A stretch of DNA of 64,000 nt from Candidatus Giovannonibacteria bacterium (GTDB lineage Bacteria > Patescibacteriota > Minisyncoccia > JACPKW01 > UBA11713). How positions within the stretch are numbered: the stretch's first letter is position 1; the number at the start of each line of letters is the position of its first letter. The notes beneath the pieces are model-generated. The model did no database searches. It was not told the origin of the DNA and saw nothing but the letters and a program-made list of their open reading frames with translations. Shown here piece by piece: positions 57,215 through 64,000 of the stretch. The translations under genes and the position numbers were made by a program. The stretch covers positions 34,120 through 98,119 of the forward strand of contig JACPKW010000003.1 of NCBI GenBank assembly GCA_016186825.1. The letters are read 5' to 3'.

Positions 57215-58308
57215 ATCCCCCGCATCGGCATTATTAAGTGCAGATATGAATTTTCTTCGTGGCCTCTTAAAAATAGCGCTTTGTCCCGTCCATTCATTCC
57301 TAAAAAAACTTTATCCCGCCCAATACTTGAGAGGGCTTCGAGTAAATAACGGTAATTAAAAACTGTTTCTACATCCTCGCCTGATATCTTGGCATTTGTA
57401 ACTGATATATGTTCTCCGGTTTCACTAGAGCTAGATTTGACTTCAACGGTTTGTCCTTTTACACTCGCAGAAATTGAGACTTCTGAAAGGCGGCTTGAAA
57501 ATACTCCCGCCGCCCGAAGTGCGGATGTAAGTTGATTTTTGTCCATTACAATCTGTGTTGAAAATGCTTTGGGAATAATACTTTGATAATCCGGAAACTT
57601 TCCCTCTGTAAGATTTGAAATAAAGTAAAACCCGCCGCCACTAAACGAGATTTGATTCTGATTAAAGATAACATCAATATTTCCCGCTACATTTTCAAAG
57701 ATTCTCGCAACCTCTTGGGCATTTCTTTGGGGTAATAGGAGTGAGATGGGGGTTATATTAAAGCTAGTCTTTTGTTCGGCAAGCCTAAAAGAGTCGGTTG
57801 TAACGAGGGTCAGGGGGATTTTAGACTGGGCATGAAAAAAGACACTTGCTAATTCGGGTTTTGTATTTGAATTTGAAGTAAAAGAAATTACACGATCTAT
57901 ACCTTTAACAAGAATGTCTGCTGGAATTTCAAAATGATTTTCTTTTTTAATTTTTGGGATAACAGGAAATTCCTCGTGCGGGAAGCAATTAATAACCGTC
58001 GCAGAGCCTTTGGAAGAAACTTTTAAATTGGCAGAATTTTTTTCCAAATTAATATTTCCATCTGCAAGTGATCCTAAAAGTGAGGAGAGTGTTTTGGCGC
58101 TTAAAGCGGCCTCGCCGTCGCTCTCAATTTTGGCGTTTATTTGAGCCTCAAAACCAACCTCGAGATTTGTTGAAGAAATATGCATTTTATTTTTTGAAGT
58201 GCTGATTAAAAGAGCTGCGAGGATTGGGAGTGTTGTGTTTTTACTTGAACTTCGTTCCGCAAGATTTACAGCTTTTTGAAATTCATTTTTCGCACAAATT
58301 ATTTTCAC
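57211..58308 (-). CDS. dnaN: DNA polymerase III beta sliding clamp
   Basis: 365 aa. Three-domain clamp. dnaA-dnaN synteny. Confidence 0.9.
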   Translation of the reverse strand: MKIICAKNEFQKAVNLAERSSSKNTTLPILAALLISTSKNKMHISSTNLEVGFEAQINAKIESDGEAALSAKTLSSLLGSLADGNINLEKNSANLKVSSKGSATVINCFPHEEFPVIPKIKKENHFEIPADILVKGIDRVISFTSNSNTKPELASVFFHAQSKIPLTLVTTDSFRLAEQKTSFNITPISLLLPQRNAQEVARIFENVAGNIDVIFNQNQISFSGGGFYFISNLTEGKFPDYQSIIPKAFSTQIVMDKNQLTSALRAAGVFSSRLSEVSISASVKGQTVEVKSSSSETGEHISVTNAKISGEDVETVFNYRYLLEALSSIGRDKVFLGMNGRDKALFLRGHEENSYLHLIMPMRGI

Positions 58309-58572
58309 AATAATATTTTTATTTAATTAAATTTATTTTTTATTAAGAATATCTGTGACTTTGTGTGTAAGATTTTTTTCTTTGAATAAATCATTGTTTT
58401 TTAAATTAGTTATCTTTTAAAGGTGTGGGGAAAGTGGTGATATTTATGGGTATGAATTTGAGTTTAATGAAAATTTCCAAAACTCGGCAATTTTATTTAC
58501 TTATTATTAATCCTTTATAAATTAAAAATTCACACCTTATCTACAGTAAATATAAAAACTTGAGCTGATGTC
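58309..58572. promoter_or_regulatory. Candidate oriC segment (AT-rich dnaA-dnaN intergenic region with DnaA-box-like 9-mers)
   Basis: About 80% AT. ttatctaca and tgtgggga-type near-consensus DnaA boxes. Classical location. Confidence 0.35.
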
Positions 58573-59934
58573 TTATACATTTTCATATTCGTAAAGTTCG
58601 CGGATTCTTTTAATCTCTTCAAAGACCTGACTTGATTTTTTAAATTCTTTTGCAACTTTTTCAAAAGCGTGAATAGCTGTGGTGTGATCACGGCCACCAA
58701 ATTTTTGTCCAATAAAGGGGTATGAGCCGTTATAGTCCTCTCTTAATAAATACATTGCTATCTGACGAGGCTTTACAATTTCTTTTTTACGAGTTTTCTC
58801 ATAGAGAATTTTCTCATTCATATCATAAAATTGCGCGACAGCTTTAATAATTTGGTTCGCGGTTATTAACCGCTTTGGTTGTATATTCTTTGCTAATATT
58901 TCCTTTACTTCGTTTGAGCTAAGAATTTTCCCAAGGAGTTTAGATTTTGCAATTGTGGCGTTTAGGGAGCCTTCAAGTTCGCGAATATTCTTTTGGACAT
59001 TGGAAGCTATGAACTCAAGGATTTCATCGTTGATAAAAGCTTCTTTGCCATGGCATTTGCTTTTAAGAATCGCGAGGCGCGATTCATATTCAGGAAGGCT
59101 GATATCCGCCACCATTCCTCCCGCGAAGCGGCTCCGGAGCCTTTCCTCAAGTTCTGGAATCGCCTGGGGCGGTTTATCTGATGAAAAGACAATTTGGTGT
59201 CCTGATTCGTAAAGCGCGTTAAAAATATGAAAAAACTCCTCCTGTGTTTTTACTTTACCTGCTATAAATTGAATGTCGTCAATTACAAGTAGGTTGTATG
59301 ACCGATATTTTTCCTTGAACCCGTTCACTTCATTATTCTGCATTGAATTAATGAGCTCGTTTGTAAACCGTTCTGAAGAAGTATAAAAAACCTTCAAGCG
59401 CGGATTGGCTTTTTTAACGGCGTTGCCAATTGACTGAAGTAAATGGGTTTTTCCTAAGCCGACGCCTCCATATATAAATAAAGGATTGTAGGTTGTCCCA
59501 AGATTTTTAGAGACAGCAAAAGCGGCGGCGTGTGCGAGCTCGTTGAAAGCCCCCACTATAAAGGTTTCAAATGTGTAGCGCGGATTTAAATTTGTTTCCC
59601 GATCAACAAAAAACTCTCTAAATTCCATCTGCTCTTCCTGTGGAAGATATCCGCGCTGGGCTTTTTGGCGGGCCAAGAGCGGCGGAAGCTGGGAGGATAT
59701 GATGTATTCAACGCTCCTGACCTCTGGAGAAAGGGCTCTAAGCGCCTTTACAATGAATTTATGATATTTGTACTCAAGCCATTCTTTTGCGAAAGCATTG
59801 GGAACATGTAAAACCACTGCGCCTTCCTGCCTCGCTGCGATCGTTGTATTTTGAAACCATGTCGCAAAATTAGCCTTTGAAACCACAGTCTCTAATTCCG
59901 CCAAAGCTGACTGCCACAGCTCTTCATTGGTCAT
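58573..59934 (-). CDS. dnaA: Chromosomal replication initiator DnaA
   Basis: AAA+ GGVGLGKTHL. Box VII. C-terminal DNA-binding HTH. Confidence 0.97.
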   Translation of the reverse strand: MTNEELWQSALAELETVVSKANFATWFQNTTIAARQEGAVVLHVPNAFAKEWLEYKYHKFIVKALRALSPEVRSVEYIISSQLPPLLARQKAQRGYLPQEEQMEFREFFVDRETNLNPRYTFETFIVGAFNELAHAAAFAVSKNLGTTYNPLFIYGGVGLGKTHLLQSIGNAVKKANPRLKVFYTSSERFTNELINSMQNNEVNGFKEKYRSYNLLVIDDIQFIAGKVKTQEEFFHIFNALYESGHQIVFSSDKPPQAIPELEERLRSRFAGGMVADISLPEYESRLAILKSKCHGKEAFINDEILEFIASNVQKNIRELEGSLNATIAKSKLLGKILSSNEVKEILAKNIQPKRLITANQIIKAVAQFYDMNEKILYEKTRKKEIVKPRQIAMYLLREDYNGSYPFIGQKFGGRDHTTAIHAFEKVAKEFKKSSQVFEEIKRIRELYEYENV

Positions 59935-60079
59935 ATCTTTTAAAAATGTTACGGGTGATAATTAATCTTATACTTTAAAGGAAAAATATCTATCCACGAT
60001 GAACATTATTAGAATGTTAATAAACTGTTGATTATCTGTGAATCTTGAAAAAGAATGAATTTATTGTAAAATTGAAAAC

Positions 60080-60214
60080 ATGTCCAGAACATACCAACCA
60101 AAGAAACGCAAGCGTGCGCGATCGCATGGTTTTCTCGTCCGCAGAAGAACTTCAGGCGGCAGAGCTACTATAAAAAGAAGAAGGAAAAAGAAGCGAAGCC
60201 GACTGTCGTTCTAA
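60080..60214 (+). CDS. rpmH: 50S ribosomal protein L34
   Basis: [27 protein letters not shown]. 44 aa. Not in the ORF track (too short). Confidence 0.85.
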   Translation: MSRTYQPKKRKRARSHGFLVRRRTSGGRATIKRRRKKKRSRLSF

Positions 60215-60236
60215 TAATATACTAAATAGTACTAAA

Positions 60237-60572
60237 ATGTTAAAAAAAATGAATCGCCTCAAGAAAAGCGATATTGATTCTATTTTTAAATCCGGGAAAT
60301 TCAGGAAGTTTGGCGCAATTTCAATGCACTTTAAAAAAAATAACTTGGGATATCCCCGCTTCGGCTTTGCGCTCTCTAAAAAAAATTTTAAAAAGGCCAC
60401 CGAAAGGAATTTAGTGAAGCGAAGGGCGCGCGAGATTATCAGAATGCACGCCGCGGGCTCGGCTAGCGGCCATGACGTACTTTTAGTTTTTGGCAGTGAA
60501 ATAAAAAATTTAACTTTCAGCGCTCTGAAGGAACAATTGATTGATGCGCTAAAAAGCGCTAGAATTTTATAA
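60237..60572 (+). CDS. rnpA: RNase P protein component
   Basis: rpmH-rnpA synteny. Basic RNR-like motif VKRRAREIIR. Confidence 0.85.
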   Translation: MLKKMNRLKKSDIDSIFKSGKFRKFGAISMHFKKNNLGYPRFGFALSKKNFKKATERNLVKRRAREIIRMHAAGSASGHDVLLVFGSEIKNLTFSALKEQLIDALKSARIL

Positions 60573-60848
60573 TTGTTTATGCCGAGCAGACCCGTCAGGG
60601 ATTTTTTAAAAAACGGACCGAAAAAAATCGCCATTGGGCTGATTTCTTTTTATCAGATCGTTTTATCGCCAGATCAAGGGATTTTTTCTAATAGAAAAAA
60701 ATATTGCGTTTTTTATCCTAGTTGTTCCCAATACACCAAAGAAGCTATTAAACATGGCGGATTTTTTTATGGCATTAAAAGGGGGGTTTTCAGGATTGTC
60801 CGCTGCCATCCCTTTCAAAAAAATTATTTTGACCCATTTCGCCCATAA
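60573..60848 (+). CDS. yidD: Membrane protein insertion efficiency factor YidD
   Basis: FYQIVLSP...CVFYPSCSQY motif. Confidence 0.85.
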   Translation: MFMPSRPVRDFLKNGPKKIAIGLISFYQIVLSPDQGIFSNRKKYCVFYPSCSQYTKEAIKHGGFFYGIKRGVFRIVRCHPFQKNYFDPFRP

Positions 60849-60856
60849 AATATTTT

Positions 60857-61609
60857 ATGGCTATTCTAAAATTTATTTATTTTGAAATCCTCTACCGCCC
60901 GCTATTAAACGCGCTCGTGTTTTTAGCGGCGCTCATGCCCGGAAATGATATTGGCTTTTCAATAATCATTTTAACTTTAATCGTGCGCGCTATTCTTTTC
61001 CCTTTTTCACACCGCTCTCTCTTAACGCAAATAAAATTAAAGGACATTGAACCCGAAATTAAAAAAATCAAAGATGAAACAAAAAACAAAGCGGAGGAGC
61101 AGGGGAAAAAGATTATGGAACTCTACAAAAGGCACGGCGTGAGCCCTTTTTCCGGATGCCTGATGCTTTTGATCCAGCTTCCCATTCTAATCGCTTTATT
61201 CCATGTGTTCCAATCGAATTTATTATCTGAAGGCGGGAAGCTTTACTCGTTTATAAATATGCCCTCTGGCATCAATGTAAAATTTTTAAACCTCTTTGAC
61301 TTATCAAAATCAAACTGGATCCTGGCGCTTACGGCCGGAGTTTCACAGTATTTTCAGATGCGTCTTGCAATGCCCGTTCTTCCGAAGGGAGGCGAAACTA
61401 TGCGCGAAGAATTTTCACGAGCAATGGCGATTCAGTCGCTCTACATCTTCCCCATATTAATTTTTTATATTTCTTTCCGTTTTCCCGCCGCGCTCGCGCT
61501 TTATTGGACAGTAACAAACCTTTTTGCTACAGTTCATGAAAGTGTCGTTAGAAGTCGCGCAAAAAAAGAATATGGGGGAGAATCTGGAGAAGATAAAAAA
61601 AATAATTGA
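60857..61609 (+). CDS. yidC: Membrane protein insertase YidC (short form)
   Basis: 5-TM core (~250 aa). Confidence 0.85.
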   Translation: MAILKFIYFEILYRPLLNALVFLAALMPGNDIGFSIIILTLIVRAILFPFSHRSLLTQIKLKDIEPEIKKIKDETKNKAEEQGKKIMELYKRHGVSPFSGCLMLLIQLPILIALFHVFQSNLLSEGGKLYSFINMPSGINVKFLNLFDLSKSNWILALTAGVSQYFQMRLAMPVLPKGGETMREEFSRAMAIQSLYIFPILIFYISFRFPAALALYWTVTNLFATVHESVVRSRAKKEYGGESGEDKKNN

Positions 61610-62033
61610 AGAAATTCTGAATAAAATGGGCATCCCCGGCATGGTGGATGTTTTTGAAACTATGGAAAATGTGAGATTTTCGCTACACAGCCCCGAAGCC
61701 GGTCTTTTAATTGGCGATAACGGACAGAATTTAATCGCGCTGAACCATGTTATAAAAAGAATTGTTGAAAAAAATCTTGGAAAAACCGAAATCGCTTTTT
61801 CGCTTGATGTAAACGATTACCAAAAACAGAAAGCTGAAGAAATAAAAGACTTGGCGCGCATGTCTGCCCAGCGCGTAAGATTTTTTAAAAAAGAAGTTAC
61901 GCTTCGTCCCATGACCTCATACGAAAGAAGAATTGTGCACGCGGTTTTGACGGAATATCCAGATATCGTAACTGAATCAGTTGGCGAAGAGCCTCAAAGA
62001 AAAGTAATCATAAAACCCTTTTCGGGAAACTAG
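61572..62033 (+). CDS. jag: Jag/KhpB-like RNA-binding protein (KH + R3H domains)
   Basis: C-terminal R3H (LRPMTSYERRIVHAVLTEYPDIVTESVGE). Start uncertain: 61572 overlaps the yidC end, 61626 is the alternative. Confidence 0.7.
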   Translation: MGENLEKIKKIIEEILNKMGIPGMVDVFETMENVRFSLHSPEAGLLIGDNGQNLIALNHVIKRIVEKNLGKTEIAFSLDVNDYQKQKAEEIKDLARMSAQRVRFFKKEVTLRPMTSYERRIVHAVLTEYPDIVTESVGEEPQRKVIIKPFSGN

Positions 62034-62048
62034 TTTTAAAAATGGGGG

Positions 62049-63272
62049 TTATTTGAGATTCGCTCTCCAGAGCGAGCCGTCATTTCTATTTACAAAGAAG
62101 AGTGCAGATTCGTCTTCTGATAAAAAGGGCTTTACAATATCAAAACCGTCTTCGATTTCGAACCCAGCGGCTGTCATGTCTACAATATTTATTTTCAAAA
62201 TGGTGTCTGTGAAGAAAGAAACTTTGCCTTGGTACCAATCGTCCGGATATACAATTTCGGGGAATGGCGCGGGCAGGCCGCAGAACAGCGCATTTTTCTC
62301 CTTTCTTGACCAAACGCATTTTTCGGGGATGATTTTAAAATCAAGCGGGGTGATTTTCCCGGATTTGATATTTAAGATGGAACTCAAGATAGTCCTGTTG
62401 TCGCGGTCCGATTCGGAAAAAAGAACATTCGCTCCGTCGCTCGTAATCTGAAGCCCGAGCTTTGGCCCGAGCATTTTTTCGAGCGCGCCTGCGGCAATAT
62501 TCAAGCGGTAAAGAAATCCGTCATTAAAAGCGGACGGCGCGTTTGCGAGATAGATATTGTTGTCGCTTACCCAGTTAATGCGCCAGTCGCCGAAGGGATT
62601 TTTTAAAAATGTTTTTTGATTTTTATTTTCGGGGGAAGCGGCTACTAGCAGATTATCATTGCTGTTCGGAACGGAATACAATATCCTGTCCCCTTTAGGC
62701 GAGAATACTATATCTTTTATGTTAGAGGGGAGAAAAATTCCTTCGGTAGTCGAGCTGATTTTTGCGGAGAAGATATTCAGGTTTCCGTTTGAAATATATT
62801 TCAGAATCGCTCGCGATCCGTCAGTAGAAAATATCACATCAAAAATCCCGGGAATTGTCGTATTAGAAATTTTCTTTTTATTTCCACCGTCCAGATCGAT
62901 TTCATAAACGTGGCCAGTTCCACGTTCGATGTAGCGGATTCGCCCAGAGCTTGTCGAAGGGTTTTTTAACAAAATGGCTCCGGATATATTTTCGGAAACG
63001 AGTTTTTTTGTTGCGGACTCCTTCGTCTCAATGTCAGTCAAATCATTATCATCGTTTATATTGTTTTGATTATCGTTTCGATCACCTGAACCCGGAAATA
63101 GGCTAGAAAGAAATCCCCCGTCTCCCTCTTTATTTGCGTCAGGCCCGTCTCTAAAAAAGAAAAACCAAGTCGACCCAAGCACGATGGCCAAAGTTAGCGC
63201 ACCTATTATTATTAAATTTCTTTTTGAAGAAAGCATATTGTTATTGCGCTGCTTCACATGAACCCCTAACAA
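62049..63272 (-). CDS. Hypothetical secreted/membrane-anchored protein (beta-rich, possible propeller)
   Basis: N-terminal TM, then N/D-rich low-complexity and beta-strand-like repeats. Confidence 0.4.
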   Translation of the reverse strand: MLGVHVKQRNNNMLSSKRNLIIIGALTLAIVLGSTWFFFFRDGPDANKEGDGGFLSSLFPGSGDRNDNQNNINDDNDLTDIETKESATKKLVSENISGAILLKNPSTSSGRIRYIERGTGHVYEIDLDGGNKKKISNTTIPGIFDVIFSTDGSRAILKYISNGNLNIFSAKISSTTEGIFLPSNIKDIVFSPKGDRILYSVPNSNDNLLVAASPENKNQKTFLKNPFGDWRINWVSDNNIYLANAPSAFNDGFLYRLNIAAGALEKMLGPKLGLQITSDGANVLFSESDRDNRTILSSILNIKSGKITPLDFKIIPEKCVWSRKEKNALFCGLPAPFPEIVYPDDWYQGKVSFFTDTILKINIVDMTAAGFEIEDGFDIVKPFLSEDESALFFVNRNDGSLWRANLK

Positions 63273-63900
63273 GTCCGCTGACTTTTACATTTCTAACGCG
63301 GGATACGAATTCATCCGTGCATTTTACAAGACACTCTTTGCGGCCATTTACGCCAATATAGGGCCCGGCTACAACAGGGTTATAACCTCCTTTATATACG
63401 GCAAGGCAGTTATATTTCACGTCTTGACAGGTGTCCCCTGTGCAAATTTTAGCTTCCGGGCCGCCAGTTTGATATTGCTCGACATTCCCGCCGCTCTCGA
63501 ATTTATTGAGTTCTGTAATTTGCAAGGCTGGCACGCTGATTTGCATCTTTAATAGCTGGGGATTAATAGTATAGAGAATCAAGAAAGATAGGACGGCGAT
63601 TGCAAGCCCAAATAAAGCGCTATAAATTTTTTCTTTGGCTTGCGTGCGGAGCGCCACGTTTCCAAACGAACCCATCATTTGGATGCCTCCGATTACAATC
63701 ATTAGAACTGCAAGGATTGCGGCGGCGGACAGGCCCAAGGGGAATAAAAATCTTGCCCAACCAAGAAAATCTTTTTCTTGAACGCTGCCTGATGTTTTTT
63801 GCGTGATTGTCCCCCCAGCAGTTTGCGCGAGTGCGTTAACAAAGGGAGCTAAAAAAAGAACGAGAATAAGTAGTGAGATATATAAATATTTATTCCGCAT
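63241..63900 (-). CDS. Hypothetical membrane protein (signal peptide + 2 TM + Cys-rich tail); pilin-like topology
   Basis: Topology resembles TrbC/VirB2-type pilins, but no sequence motif was verified. Confidence 0.3.
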   Translation of the reverse strand: MRNKYLYISLLILVLFLAPFVNALAQTAGGTITQKTSGSVQEKDFLGWARFLFPLGLSAAAILAVLMIVIGGIQMMGSFGNVALRTQAKEKIYSALFGLAIAVLSFLILYTINPQLLKMQISVPALQITELNKFESGGNVEQYQTGGPEAKICTGDTCQDVKYNCLAVYKGGYNPVVAGPYIGVNGRKECLVKCTDEFVSRVRNVKVSGLVRGSCEAAQ

Positions 63901-64000
63901 AGACTATAAATGAAGCTCTAACTTCTTCTAATACATTTCTCAAGTTACTGATCATTAATTTTATTATCGCCTCACCTTTCTCGCCCGAGTTTGATTTAAT

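Noticed and set aside
1-64000. Search for CRISPR arrays, rRNA genes, RNase P RNA, SRP RNA and tmRNA
   Set aside because: No direct-repeat/spacer periodicity and no recognisable conserved ncRNA motifs were seen in any intergenic region. The only notable structured candidates are the inverted repeats upstream of rpsL and the 49.1 kb element, reported separately.

Overview
This 64 kb window is from a compact, AT-leaning bacterial genome. It looks like Candidate Phyla Radiation / Patescibacteria: there is no uL30 gene between rpsE and rplO, several ribosomal proteins are Zn-ribbon forms (S14 type Z, L28, and an unusual L24), and there are many small membrane hypotheticals. Coordinates were spot-checked against start and stop codons in the sequence. 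The ORF track appears to translate alternative start codons (TTG, GTG) as M.

Layout:
- 1-17.1 kb: the classical ribosomal-protein / translation-factor operon on the minus strand (rpsL-rpsG-fusA-tuf-rpsJ through rplO-secY-adk-map), then ruvX.
- 17.4-22.1 kb: an M50 protease and rpmB, followed by a roughly 3.6 kb module. The module carries a large serine recombinase, an XRE regulator and two HAD hydrolases. It is bounded and internally punctuated by two families of GC-rich inverted repeats, here named A and B, and its right end abuts the 3' end of a tRNA-Lys. This is the most interesting part of the window: a putative integrated element or recombination switch.
- 22.1-34.9 kb: an accessory-looking stretch. 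It holds tRNA-Lys/Pro/Arg, a YkuK-like protein plus a DEDDy exonuclease, an LTD-like protein, a SIMPL protein, GC-rich and very AT-rich hypotheticals, and a 683-aa secreted lipase-like protein.
- 34.9-64 kb: housekeeping genes (Mur ligase, ruvA, uvrB, rpsT, holA-like, a two-component system, polA, tsaE, a PilB/GspE ATPase, ruvB, yebC-ruvC, tyrS, PBP1A) and the replication-origin gene block dnaN-dnaA / rpmH-rnpA-yidD-yidC-jag.

No CRISPR array, rRNA gene or recognisable RNase P / SRP / tmRNA was seen. Every functional call is a reading of motifs by eye and needs homology searches to confirm.
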